In this document: positions 32,382-41,740 of the stretch, one piece after another
How positions within the stretch are numbered: position 1 is the first letter of the stretch
How the letters are laid out: each line of letters starts with the position of its first letter
From: Nocardioides sp.
Lineage (GTDB): Bacteria; Actinomycetota; Actinomycetes; Propionibacteriales; Nocardioidaceae
Reading direction: 5' to 3'
Length of the DNA: 64,000 bases
Assembly: GCF_047607185.1 (NCBI RefSeq)
Contig: NZ_JASGDQ010000086.1
Location: 28,478 to 92,477, forward strand
The notes under the pieces: generated by a model
The model's input: only the letters and a program-made list of their open reading frames with translations
What the model was told of the DNA's origin: nothing
Database searches by the model: none
Position numbers and translations under genes: made by a program

Positions 32382-33991
32382 GACACGGCGACCGGCTGCG
32401 GCACGGCGAGCCGGCCGAGCCACTCGTCGTACTCCTCGACCTCGGCCGCGCAGCGCTGCTCGTCCCAGCCGAGCCGCGGCGCGAGCACGGCGAGGACGGC
32501 GTCGAGCGAGTCGCGGCCGTGGCCGGGCTCGAAGGCGAGCAGCACGCGACGGGCAAGCACGTCGGTCAGGGTACGCGCCAGCTCGTGGCGCACCGCGAAG
32601 AGCAGCTCGGCGCCGATCGCACCCGTGGGCTCGTGGACGACCTCAAGCAGCGTCGGGTCGTCATCGGCCTCCCGTACGACGTCGACGGCGCGGCCGCCGT
32701 AGAGGGCGAGCAGCCGATCCGCGGTCCGGGCCGCGAGGCCGCGGCCGAGCAGGAAGTCCCGCGAGCGACCGAGGTCACCGACGGCTCCCGGCAGCGGCAG
32801 CGAGGCGGTCACGCAGCGTGGCGCCGTGCGGCCGAGCCGCCGGAACGCGTCGTCGACGGCGTCCTCGGCCAGCTGGCGGTAGGTGGTCAGCTTGCCGCCG
32901 ACCACGGTGATCAGGCCGGGCAGCTCGGGTCCGTGGTCGTGCAGCACGTGGCTCCGCGGCACCTCCCACTCCTCGACGTCGGGGGCGTAGGGCAGCGGCC
33001 GGACGCCGGAGTAGGTGAACAGGACGTCACCGGGGGTGAGCCCCGCACCGGGCACCAGCTGGTTGACCTCGTCGAGCAGGTAGGTCATCTCGTCGACGTC
33101 GCAGCGCGCCTCGCCGGGATCCTCCTCGAACCGGCGGTCGGTGGTGCCGATCAGGTAGCGGCCCAGCCACGGGATCACCAGCACCAGCCGGCCGTCGGTC
33201 TTGGACTCGTAGTAGACGACGTCGTCCGGCGCGCCGGGGAACGGGTCGACGACGAGGTGGCTGCCCTTGGTGCCGCCGTTGAGGCGGGGCTGCGGCGGCG
33301 CGCCGCGCCGGAAGATCCGGTCGATCCAGGGTCCGGCGACGTTGAGCACGAGAGGGGCGCGGACCTCGTGCAGCTCGTCGGTGGTGGTGTCGCGGTAGCG
33401 CACGCCGACCACCCGGCCGAGCTCGAGCACCGGCTCCTCGACGCGGGCCTTGGTGCGGATCTCGGCACCGTCGCCCAGCGCGGCCAGCGCGACCTCGACG
33501 CAGAGCCGCTCGGCGTACTCGACCTGACCGTCGGTGAACACCGTCGCTCCGCTGAGCCCGTCGGTGCCGATCCCGGCGAAGCGGGCGCGGGTCTCCGCGG
33601 CCGAGAGCACCTCGTGGCGCCGGGTGCTCTTGTCGAAGGAGAGCACGTCGTAGGCGATCATGCCGACCCGGATCAGCCAGGCGGGGCGCCGGTTGTGCCG
33701 GTAGAGCGGCATGATCAGCCGCTTCGGCTTGACCAGGTGCGGCGCCAGCCGGAAGAGCCGCTCGCGCTCGCGCAGCGACTCGCGCACCAGCGCGAAGTCG
33801 CGGTGCTCGAGGTAGCGCAGCCCGCCGTGGACCAGCCGGCCCGACCAGGCCGAGACGCCGCTGCAGAGGTCGTCCTGCTCCAGCAGGAGCACGCGCAGGC
33901 CGCGCAGGGCGGCGTCGCGGGCGATGCCGAGGCCGTTGATCCCCGCTCCCACGACGATCAGGTCGTAGGGCGTGCTCGTCTCGGTCACCAT
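32378..33991 (-). CDS. FAD-dependent glycerol-3-phosphate dehydrogenase/oxidase family protein
   Basis: VVGAGING FAD motif, HGGLRYLE, NVAGPW, KGSH, GVRPL, GGKLTTYR; GGAGAG RBS before ATG 33991. Confidence 0.92.
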   Translation of the reverse strand: MVTETSTPYDLIVVGAGINGLGIARDAALRGLRVLLLEQDDLCSGVSAWSGRLVHGGLRYLEHRDFALVRESLRERERLFRLAPHLVKPKRLIMPLYRHNRRPAWLIRVGMIAYDVLSFDKSTRRHEVLSAAETRARFAGIGTDGLSGATVFTDGQVEYAERLCVEVALAALGDGAEIRTKARVEEPVLELGRVVGVRYRDTTTDELHEVRAPLVLNVAGPWIDRIFRRGAPPQPRLNGGTKGSHLVVDPFPGAPDDVVYYESKTDGRLVLVIPWLGRYLIGTTDRRFEEDPGEARCDVDEMTYLLDEVNQLVPGAGLTPGDVLFTYSGVRPLPYAPDVEEWEVPRSHVLHDHGPELPGLITVVGGKLTTYRQLAEDAVDDAFRRLGRTAPRCVTASLPLPGAVGDLGRSRDFLLGRGLAARTADRLLALYGGRAVDVVREADDDPTLLEVVHEPTGAIGAELLFAVRHELARTLTDVLARRVLLAFEPGHGRDSLDAVLAVLAPRLGWDEQRCAAEVEEYDEWLGRLAVPQPVAVS

Positions 33992-34197
33992 CGGACTCTC
34001 CTTAAGCATCAATATTCATATCATGCATCTACATGTAGTGTAAGTGGCGTCACACCCGGGCTGTCAAGGATCCGCGGCAGCGACGGGGCGGCCAGCAGGC
34101 CGCGTCGCGGCGCAATGCAGGCCGGATCGATCGCCGCTCCCTAGAATGGCCCGGCCCTCCGCACCGGGGTGGCGGCGAACCCGGAGAGGCAGGACCG

Positions 34198-35154
34198 ATG
34201 GCCGACATCGAGAATCAGCGCCTGATGATCAAGGTCGCCCGGCTCTACCACACGCACGGGATGCGGCAGACCGACATCGCCGAGCGGCTGCAGATCTCGC
34301 AGTCGCGGGTCTCCCGGCTGCTGACCCAGGCCGAGGAGGCCGCCATCGTCCGCACCGTCGTGGCCGTGCCCCGGCACGTCCACGCCGAGCTGGAGGAGCA
34401 GATCGAGCGGCTCTACGACGTCAGCGAGGTGCACGTCGTCGACGCCGTGAGCAGCCGGCAGGACGAGCTCAACCGCGACCTGGCCCATGCCATGGCGGCG
34501 CTGCTGAACGAGATCACCGCGGACACCCCGGTCATCGGGTTCACCTCGTGGAGCCAGACGCTGCGCCTCGCCATCGACGCGCTGCAGCCGATGCGCACCC
34601 ACACCGAGCGGGTGGTCGAGCTGCTCGGCGACCTCGGCCCCCCCGACCTCCAGCACGACGCCGCCCGCTCGACGCAGCGCTTCGCCACCCTCACCGGTGC
34701 GCAGCCGGTCTTCCTGCGCACCCCCGGCGTGGTCACCTCGGTGGAGATGAAGGACCTGCTGCTCAGCCGCGATCTCCATGCCCGACAGGCACTGGAGATG
34801 CTCGACTCGATCGATCTCGCCCTGGTCGGCATCGGCGCCAACACGGTGGATCCGGCGCTGAGTCCGGGCGACAACTTCTTCACCGAGGAGCAGTTCGCCG
34901 CCATGCGCGAGCGGGGCGCGGTCGGCGAGGTCTGCCTGCACTTCCTCGACGAGCACGGTGAGCCGATCGCCGACGGCCTGGACGACCTGGTCGTGGGCGT
35001 CACGATGCAGCAGCTGCGATCGGCGCGCCGGCGCTGGGCCGTCGCAGGCGGAGTGCGCAAGCACGAGGCCATCGGCGCGGCGCTGCGCGGCGGCTGGATC
35101 GACACCCTGGTCACCGACGTCGCCACCGGCGAGCACCTGGTCGCCACCGGCTGA
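34198..35154 (+). CDS. SorC/DeoR/LsrR-family sugar-phosphate-binding regulator (copy 1)
   Basis: VARLYH..GMRQTDIA..SRVSRLL HTH plus sugar-binding domain ending GWIDTLVTD; TAGAAT -10 at 34142-47. Confidence 0.93.
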   Translation: MADIENQRLMIKVARLYHTHGMRQTDIAERLQISQSRVSRLLTQAEEAAIVRTVVAVPRHVHAELEEQIERLYDVSEVHVVDAVSSRQDELNRDLAHAMAALLNEITADTPVIGFTSWSQTLRLAIDALQPMRTHTERVVELLGDLGPPDLQHDAARSTQRFATLTGAQPVFLRTPGVVTSVEMKDLLLSRDLHARQALEMLDSIDLALVGIGANTVDPALSPGDNFFTEEQFAAMRERGAVGEVCLHFLDEHGEPIADGLDDLVVGVTMQQLRSARRRWAVAGGVRKHEAIGAALRGGWIDTLVTDVATGEHLVATG

Positions 35155-35207
35155 CACGGCGGCTGACACGGCGGCTGACACGGCGGCTGACGGCAGCTGA
35201 CGGCAGC
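35149..35207. repeat. Short tandem repeat between convergent genes
   Basis: GGCTGACACGGC x3, then two degenerate 10-mers (GGCTGACGGC, AGCTGACGGC); the first unit contains the regulator stop codon. Confidence 0.9.
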
Positions 35208-35214
35208 CCGTGGC

Positions 35215-36942
35215 TCAGTCCGGCCTGCCGTGTCCCGCCATCCGGCGCAGATCGGGGGCGCCCAGCCGGGCCCGCTCGGCGAGCACGTCGTCGTGCAACT
35301 CCTGGGAGGCCCGCTCGGCGGCCACCCGGACCTGATAGGCCTCCACCTCCCGGGCCGTCGTCGCCGCGTCCCAGCCCAGGACCGGGCCGGCGATCTCCGC
35401 GGCGGCCCGGGCGGTCTCGATGCCGCGGTGGCCGGTCTCGACCGAGATGCGAGTGCGGCGGGTGAGCACGTCGTCGAGGTGGAGCGCCCCCTCGTGGGTG
35501 ACCGCGTAGCGGATCTCGGCGCGCAGATACTCCGGCGCGCCCGGCATCGGCTCGAGCAGGGTGGCGTCCTCGACGGCGACCACCTCGGTGAGCAGGGTGC
35601 CGTAGCGGCGCAGCAGCCGGTCGATCTGGCCGGCCGGGAGGCCCAGCTCCAGCGCGAGGGAGTCGCGGCGCTCGGGCAGGCCGGCGAATCCCGCGCCGCC
35701 GAGCAGCGGCAGCCGGTCGGTCACCGACGGGGCGAGGTCCCCGCCGAGGTCGTCGGCGCAGGCATCGACGGCGTCGCGAGCCATCACCCGATAGGTCGTG
35801 TACTTCCCGCCGGCCACCGTGACCAGGCCCGGCACCGGCCGGCTCACGGCGTGCTCGCGGGAGACCTTGGCGGTGCTGGCCTCCTCGCCGGCCGAGAGCA
35901 GCGGCCGCAGCCCGGCGTAGACGCCGAGGATGTCGTCGTAGGTCAGCGGCCTGGTCAGCACGGCATTGACCCGGTCGAGCACGTAGTCGATGTCGCGCCG
36001 GCTCGCGGAGGGGTGGGCCAGGTCGAGGTTCCAGTCGGTGTCGGTCGTGCCGACGACCCAGCGGTCGCGCCACGGGATCACGAACAGCACCGACTTCTCG
36101 GTGCGCAGGATCAGCCCCGTCTCGGAGTCGATCCGGTCGCGGGCCACCACCAGATGGACGCCCTTCGAGGCCCGGATCCGGAAGTCGGCAGGGGCCTCGG
36201 CGAGGTCGTGCAGCCGGTCGCTCCACACGCCGGTGGCGCCGATCACCACCCGGGCCCGGACCTCGCACCGCTCGCCCGTGTCGGAGTCACGGAGCACGGC
36301 ACCGGCCACCCGCTCACCCTCGCGCAGCAGCCGCACCACCTCGGTGGAGGTGCGTACGACGGCGCCCTGCGCGGCCGCGGTGCGGGCCACCGTCATGGTG
36401 TGCCGGGCGTCGTCGGTCTGGGCGTCGTAGTAGAGGATGCCGCCGGCCAGCGCCGACCTGCGCAACGACGGGCACCGCCGCAGCGCCGCGGCACGGCTCA
36501 GGTGCCGGTGCCGCGGCAGCGAGGAGCGGCCGCCGAGGGTGTCGTAGAGCAGTAGGCCGGCGCCGACGTAGGGCCGCTCCCAGCGGTGCTGGATCGGGTA
36601 GAGGAAGGGGACCGGCTCCACCAGGTGGGGGGCGATCCGGGTGAGCATCAGCTCCCGCTCGCGCAGCGCCTCGCGCACCAGCGGGAACTCCAGCTGCTCC
36701 AGGTAGCGCAGGCCGCCGTGGAAGAGCTTGCTGGAGCGCGACGAGGTGCCGCTGGCCAGGTCGCGCGCCTCGACGAGCGCGGTGCGCAGGCCGCGCGAGG
36801 CGGCGTCGAGGGCGGCGCCGGCGCCGGTCACGCCGCCGCCGACGACCAGGACGTCGAAACGGCCACCGGCGAGCTCGGCCCAGGCGGCCCGGTGCTCGGC
36901 GGGCCCGAGCCGACCAGGCGTGGGACGGGTGCTGATGGTCAT
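35215..36942 (-). CDS. glpD: Glycerol-3-phosphate dehydrogenase/oxidase (actinobacterial GlpD2-type)
   Basis: VVGGGVTG, SGTSSRSSKLFHGGLRYLE, ASKGVH, AGLRPL, GGKYTTYR. Confidence 0.9.
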   Translation of the reverse strand: MTISTRPTPGRLGPAEHRAAWAELAGGRFDVLVVGGGVTGAGAALDAASRGLRTALVEARDLASGTSSRSSKLFHGGLRYLEQLEFPLVREALRERELMLTRIAPHLVEPVPFLYPIQHRWERPYVGAGLLLYDTLGGRSSLPRHRHLSRAAALRRCPSLRRSALAGGILYYDAQTDDARHTMTVARTAAAQGAVVRTSTEVVRLLREGERVAGAVLRDSDTGERCEVRARVVIGATGVWSDRLHDLAEAPADFRIRASKGVHLVVARDRIDSETGLILRTEKSVLFVIPWRDRWVVGTTDTDWNLDLAHPSASRRDIDYVLDRVNAVLTRPLTYDDILGVYAGLRPLLSAGEEASTAKVSREHAVSRPVPGLVTVAGGKYTTYRVMARDAVDACADDLGGDLAPSVTDRLPLLGGAGFAGLPERRDSLALELGLPAGQIDRLLRRYGTLLTEVVAVEDATLLEPMPGAPEYLRAEIRYAVTHEGALHLDDVLTRRTRISVETGHRGIETARAAAEIAGPVLGWDAATTAREVEAYQVRVAAERASQELHDDVLAERARLGAPDLRRMAGHGRPD

Positions 36943-36963
36943 GGCTGCTCCTCCTGGAGGCGA

Positions 36964-37815
36964 TCAGTCCGAAGCGTGGCGGCGGGCCAGGACCAGGCCG
37001 GCCAGTTGCGGCCAGGCGGTCGTGGCCCAGGGGCCGAAGGGGGTCTCGCCGGCGCTGACGCAGGCCGTAGCAGCCTCCGGGTCGACCCAGAGGAACGAGC
37101 CGGACTGGCCGAAGTGGCCGAAGGTCGCCGGGCTGGCGGTGGGAGCGGTCCAGTGCGGGCTCTTGGTGCCCCGGATCTCCAGGCCGAGCCCCCAGTCGTT
37201 GGGGTCCTGCCGGCCGAAGCCCGGGAGGATGCCGGCCAGCCCGGGAAAGGTCGTGGTGGCGGTGGCCCGCACCAGGTGGGCCGGCAGCCGCCGCGGCGCG
37301 AGCAGCTCCCGCGCCAGCAGGGCGAGGTCGCCGACCGGTCCCTGGCAGCCGTGGGCCGGCGAGCCGTGCAACACGGTGCCGGTCATCCCCAGCGGGGTCA
37401 GCACGGTCTCGGCCAGCAACTCGGCGAAAGGCCGGCCGGCCCGGGCCGCGACCCGGTCGGCGAGCAGTTCGATGCCGCGGTTGGAGTAGATCCGCCGACG
37501 GCCCGGCGCGGCGACGATCCGGTCCTCGTCGAAGGCGACCCCGGAGGCGTGGGCCAGCAGGTGCCGGACGGTGGCCCCGGGCGGGCCGGCCGGCTCGTCG
37601 AGGTCGAGGAGGCCGGCATCGGCGGCGAGGAGGGTGGTCAGCGCGGCCAGGATCTTGGTCACCGATGCCCAGCGACATGGCGTCGTCAGGTCGCCGGCCG
37701 AGGCCACCACGCCGTCGGCGTCCAGTACGGCGACGCCGGCGGCCCCTGGCCAGGCCGTGAGCTCCTCGGCCAGGAGGCCGGCCAGCACCGGGTCAGGCTG
37801 ATTCGAGGTGACCAC
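36964..37815 (-). CDS. Serine hydrolase (beta-lactamase class C / PBP-like fold)
   Basis: ASVTK (SxxK), HLLAHASG, YSN, GHFGQSG. Start uncertain. Confidence 0.88.
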   Translation of the reverse strand: MVTSNQPDPVLAGLLAEELTAWPGAAGVAVLDADGVVASAGDLTTPCRWASVTKILAALTTLLAADAGLLDLDEPAGPPGATVRHLLAHASGVAFDEDRIVAAPGRRRIYSNRGIELLADRVAARAGRPFAELLAETVLTPLGMTGTVLHGSPAHGCQGPVGDLALLARELLAPRRLPAHLVRATATTTFPGLAGILPGFGRQDPNDWGLGLEIRGTKSPHWTAPTASPATFGHFGQSGSFLWVDPEAATACVSAGETPFGPWATTAWPQLAGLVLARRHASD

Positions 37816-38452
37816 GGAGATCGGCGAGGAAGGCGGCGCCGGTGGCGCCGTCCACCGCACGGTGATCGCAGGTGAGGGTGAGCTCGGCGATCGGCCGCCA
37901 GGCCGGGTCGCCGCCGTTCCAGACCTGCCGCTGCGTCGTCGTGCCCACCGCGAGGATGGCGACCTGCGGCACGTTGAGGATCGCGTCGAACCGGTCGATC
38001 CCCATCATGCCCAGGTTGGAGACGGTGAAGGTGCCGCCGGTGACGTCGGCCATCTGCAGCCGGCCCTCGCGGGCCCGGCTGGTGACGTCGCGGCGGGCCG
38101 CGGCCATCGCGGTGAGGTCGAGCGCCTCGACGCCGTGCACGACCGGCACCATCAGCCCGGCCTCGGTCGCCACCGCGATGCCGAGGTTGACCGAGGCGAA
38201 GGAGGTCACCGCCTCCTCGCCGTAGTGGGCGTTGATGCCGGGGTGCGCCAGGAGTGCCCGGGCACAGGCCAGCAGCAGGGCGTCGGTCACGGTCGCGCCC
38301 GGCACCCGGTCCTTGACCCCGAGCGCCGCGGTCATGTCGGCGGCGACGGTGAGGTGGAAGACCGGCGCCTCCCAGGCGGTCACCATCCGCCGGGCCGCCG
38401 TACGACGGATGCCCTTGAGCGGGGTGAGGGTGCCGTCCTCGGACACGGTCAT
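37793..38452 (-). CDS. Stand-alone 2-oxo-acid dehydrogenase E2 acyltransferase catalytic domain (no lipoyl or PSBD domain)
   Basis: GGTFTVSNLG, AILNVPQVAIL, DHRAVDGA catalytic motif; about 219 aa; ATG overlaps the aldolase stop. Confidence 0.92.
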   Translation of the reverse strand: MTVSEDGTLTPLKGIRRTAARRMVTAWEAPVFHLTVAADMTAALGVKDRVPGATVTDALLLACARALLAHPGINAHYGEEAVTSFASVNLGIAVATEAGLMVPVVHGVEALDLTAMAAARRDVTSRAREGRLQMADVTGGTFTVSNLGMMGIDRFDAILNVPQVAILAVGTTTQRQVWNGGDPAWRPIAELTLTCDHRAVDGATGAAFLADLRGHLESA

Positions 38453-39309
38453 GCCGAGACCCGTGCGCTCGGCGCCTGGCCGGCGCAGCCGTAGAGCTTC
38501 ATCTTCTCCACGGTCGCGGCGATCATCCGCTCGCGGCCCTCGGCCACGGCCTCCTCGAACTGCCGGTCGCCCTGCTCCCAGACCGCTTCGATGCCGGCCC
38601 GGAACGCGTGCCGCAGGTCGGTGTCGGCGTTGAGCTTGGCGACGCCGGCCGCCATCGCCGCCCGGACCTCGTCCGGCGGCAGGCCGGAGGCGCCGTGGAG
38701 CACCAGCGGGATGCCGGTGGCTGCCTTGATCTGACCGATCCGCTCGATGTCGAGCGGCTGGGGCGCGGTGAGCGGCACGCCGTGGACGATGCCCACCGAG
38801 ACCGCGAGGTAGTCCACGCCGGTCTCGGCGACGAACCGCTCGGCCTCGGCGACGTCGGTGTAGTAGGAGGACCAGTCGACCTGCTGGTCCGCGTCCGGGA
38901 TCTTGCCGAGCTCGGCCTCGACCGGGATGCCGAAGTCGTGGGCGATCTCGACGATCCGCCGGGTGCTGCGGATGTTCTCCTCGAACGGCAGGTGCGCGCC
39001 GTCGTACATGACGGAGGTGAAGCCGAGCCTGATCGCCTCCAAGACCTCGTCCCACGGGCCGTGGTCGAGGTGGATGACGTAGTCGGCGGAGGACTCCTCG
39101 GCGACCCGCCTGGTCATCTCGTAAGCCTTGGCCAGCCCGAGGTGGGGGACGATGGCCCGGCCGACCTGGAGGAAGACCGGTGCGCTCGCCTGCTCCGCCG
39201 CACGCACCAGCGCCTCGGTGGTCTCGACGCTGTGCATGTTGAAGGCGCCGACGGCGTAGCCGCCGGACACCGCGTCCTGGATGAGGCCGCGCGGGTCGAC
39301 CTGCGTCAT
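38449..39309 (-). CDS. Class II (Zn) ketose-bisphosphate aldolase, Fba/GatY-like
   Basis: VGAFN, HLDHG, SVMYDG, EAELG, VHG, LVLHGASG, KLN. Confidence 0.93.
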   Translation of the reverse strand: MTQVDPRGLIQDAVSGGYAVGAFNMHSVETTEALVRAAEQASAPVFLQVGRAIVPHLGLAKAYEMTRRVAEESSADYVIHLDHGPWDEVLEAIRLGFTSVMYDGAHLPFEENIRSTRRIVEIAHDFGIPVEAELGKIPDADQQVDWSSYYTDVAEAERFVAETGVDYLAVSVGIVHGVPLTAPQPLDIERIGQIKAATGIPLVLHGASGLPPDEVRAAMAAGVAKLNADTDLRHAFRAGIEAVWEQGDRQFEEAVAEGRERMIAATVEKMKLYGCAGQAPSARVSA

Positions 39310-39337
39310 CGTGCTCTCCTCTCGACGACCGGGCCGC

Positions 39338-39580
39338 TCAGGCGGTCTCGATATAGGCGACGACGGTGCGCACCTCGACGGTCTCGCCCTCGGGTACGAC
39401 GATCTCGACGAGCGTCCCGCCGGCGGGCGACTCGAGGGTCTCCTCGACCTTCTCGGCCTCCACCTCGGCCAGCGGCTCGTCCTCGGCGACGGTGTCGCCG
39501 ACGGCCTTGAGCCAGCTCGTGATAGTGCCCTCGCTCATGCCCATCCCCCACTGGGGAAGCAGCACCTCGATCTTTGCCAT
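39338..39580 (-). CDS. Stand-alone lipoyl carrier domain (80 aa)
   Basis: LPQWGMGMSEGTITSWLKAVGD..EVEAEKV..ESPAGG; complete lipoyl fold with EAEK lysine and its own stop codon. Confidence 0.92.
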   Translation of the reverse strand: MAKIEVLLPQWGMGMSEGTITSWLKAVGDTVAEDEPLAEVEAEKVEETLESPAGGTLVEIVVPEGETVEVRTVVAYIETA

Positions 39581-39621
39581 GTCGTTGCTCCTGTCGCTTC
39601 TTCGGATGTCTGGTGGGTCGA

Positions 39622-40662
39622 TCAGCGGGACGCGAGCCGCTCGCGGGCCGCGTCGTCGGCCGGCGCGAAGCCGACCACCCGGCGGACGGCGTCGGCGATG
39701 CCCGCCCGGCTGGGGTAGAGCTGCTTCTCCAGCGCGGGGCTGAAGGGGATCTGCGTGTCGGGCGTGGTGACCCGGACGATCGGCGCGCGCAGCGAGGCGA
39801 ACGCCTCCTCGGCGACGATCGCCGAGATCTCGGCGGCGGCCGAGCAGGTGCGGTGCGCCGGGTCGGCCACCACCAGCCGGCCGGTGCGCTGCACCGAGGA
39901 GACCACTGTCTCGGCGTCGAAGGGGACCAGCGTGCGGGGGTCGATGACCTCGACCGAGAGGCCCTCCTCCGCGAACGCCTCGGCGGCGGCCAGCGCCTCC
40001 GGCACCGCGCTGGAGATCGCGACCACGGTGACGTCGTCGCCGGCCCGGGCGATCTTGGCCTGGCCGAACGGGATGCGGTACTCCTCCTCCGGCACCTCGC
40101 CCTTCGAGCCCCACAACATGCAGGCCTCGAAGGTGAGCACCGGGTCCTCGGAGTCGACCGCGGTGCGCAGCAGGCCCTTGGCGTCGTACGGCGTGGCGGG
40201 CACCACGATCTTCAGGCCCGGCACGTTCATGAACATCGGGTAGGGCCGGTCGGAGTGGTGCGCGCCGGTGTTGAGCCCGTAGAACATCGCCGAGCGGAAC
40301 ACCACCGGCAGCGAGGCCTGGCCGCCGAACATGTAGCGGTTCTTGGCCGCCTGGTTCACGAACTGGTCCATGGCCATGTAGAGGAAGCTGGAGTAGGACA
40401 GGTCGACGATCGGGCGCAGTCCGGTCATCGCCGCGCCGATGGCGGCCCCGACGATGACCTCCTCCGAGATCGGGGTGTTGCGGATCCGGTTGGCCCCGAA
40501 CATCTGCAGGAAGTCGCCCTTGTCCTGGCGCGACTTGCCGGCGCCGGTGGTGCCGTAGACATTGGCCTCGACGTCCTCGCCGATGATCACGACGCGGTCG
40601 TCGGACTCCATCGCCTCGCGCTGGGCGGCGCCGATGGCGCCGAGGTAGCTCATCACGGTCAT
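39622..40662 (-). CDS. ThDP-dependent dehydrogenase E1 beta subunit
   Basis: IIGEDV, NTPISEE, HHS, LKIVVP.TPYDAKGLL, IDPRTLVP. Confidence 0.94.
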   Translation of the reverse strand: MTVMSYLGAIGAAQREAMESDDRVVIIGEDVEANVYGTTGAGKSRQDKGDFLQMFGANRIRNTPISEEVIVGAAIGAAMTGLRPIVDLSYSSFLYMAMDQFVNQAAKNRYMFGGQASLPVVFRSAMFYGLNTGAHHSDRPYPMFMNVPGLKIVVPATPYDAKGLLRTAVDSEDPVLTFEACMLWGSKGEVPEEEYRIPFGQAKIARAGDDVTVVAISSAVPEALAAAEAFAEEGLSVEVIDPRTLVPFDAETVVSSVQRTGRLVVADPAHRTCSAAAEISAIVAEEAFASLRAPIVRVTTPDTQIPFSPALEKQLYPSRAGIADAVRRVVGFAPADDAARERLASR

Positions 40663-41645
40663 GCGGTCACTCCGATCGGCTCGGTGTAGAGGTCCTGGAA
40701 GGCGATGGCGGGGTCGGGGAAGGGACTCTCGTCGGTGAACCGGACGGCCTCCTCGACCTCGGCGCGCACCTCGGCGTCGAGCCGGTCCAGCTCCTCCTCG
40801 GTGGCGATGCCGTCGGCGACCAGGCGCTGCCGGAACAGCACGATCGGGTCGCGCTCGACCCAGGCCGCGCGCTCCTCGGCGTTGCGGTAGTCGGTGCCGA
40901 GCCGGAGCCCCTCGGAGTGCTCGTTGAAGCGGTAGGTGACGACCTCGACCAGGGTCGGGCCCTCGCTGCGGCGGGCTCGCTCCACGGCCTCGTGCACGGC
41001 GTCGTACACCGCGAGGACGTCCTGGCCGTCCTCGACCCGGACGCCAGGGATGCCGAAGCCGGCGGCGCGCTCGGCGATGACCCCGGAGGTGACGGTGTGC
41101 GCGGGGGTGGAGAGCGCGTACTGGTTGTTCTCGCAGAGGAAGACGACCGGCAGGCTCCAGACGCCGGCGAGGTTCATCGCCTCGTAGAGGCAGCCCTGGT
41201 TGGCGGCGCCGTCGCCGAAGAAGGCCAGCGACACCTTGCCGTTGCCGAGCACCCTGCTGGAGAGAGCCGCGCCGGTGGCGATCGGGATGGAGGAGCCGAC
41301 GATGCCGGACTCCCCGAGGCTGCCGACCGCGAAGTCGGCCAGGTGCAGCGAGCCGCCCTTGCCGCCACAGACGCCGGTGGCCTTGCCGACCAGCTCGGCC
41401 ATCAGCGGCCCGAGCGGCGAGCCCTTGCCGATGGGGTGGCCGTGGCTGCGGTGGTTGCCGGTCATGTAGTCCTGGCCGCCCAGTGCCATGCAGGCGCCGA
41501 CGACCTGGGCCTCCTGGCCGATGCTGGTGTGCACCGTCCCGGGGATCTGGCCGCGCTTGACCATCTTGGAGGCGCGCTCGTCGAAGTAGCGGATGCGAAG
41601 CATCCGGCGCTGCATCTCCAGCAGCACTGTGGGTGGAAGCGTCAT
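40659..41645 (-). CDS. ThDP-dependent dehydrogenase E1 alpha subunit (acetoin dehydrogenase-like)
   Basis: GQEA, NHRSHGH, GKGGSLH, GDGAANQG...ENNQYA ThDP motif. Confidence 0.94.
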   Translation of the reverse strand: MTLPPTVLLEMQRRMLRIRYFDERASKMVKRGQIPGTVHTSIGQEAQVVGACMALGGQDYMTGNHRSHGHPIGKGSPLGPLMAELVGKATGVCGGKGGSLHLADFAVGSLGESGIVGSSIPIATGAALSSRVLGNGKVSLAFFGDGAANQGCLYEAMNLAGVWSLPVVFLCENNQYALSTPAHTVTSGVIAERAAGFGIPGVRVEDGQDVLAVYDAVHEAVERARRSEGPTLVEVVTYRFNEHSEGLRLGTDYRNAEERAAWVERDPIVLFRQRLVADGIATEEELDRLDAEVRAEVEEAVRFTDESPFPDPAIAFQDLYTEPIGVTA

Positions 41646-41740
41646 GCCATCCTCACTTGGGTATTTATTCATTATTCGCATTTTCATGCTACGCGGCGTG
41701 CGCAGCAGTGACAAGAACCGCGCCGGTCGCTCTCGCGGCC

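Noticed and set aside
30115-32556. 813-aa and similar in-track fusions (17328-19736, 22533-24317, 37793-39055, 40659-42392)
   Set aside because: Frame run-through across overlapping genes; true starts are at the ATGA/GTGA overlaps.
35149-35207. Repeat array as possible CRISPR
   Set aside because: 12-bp units are contiguous with no spacers, and no cas genes are present.
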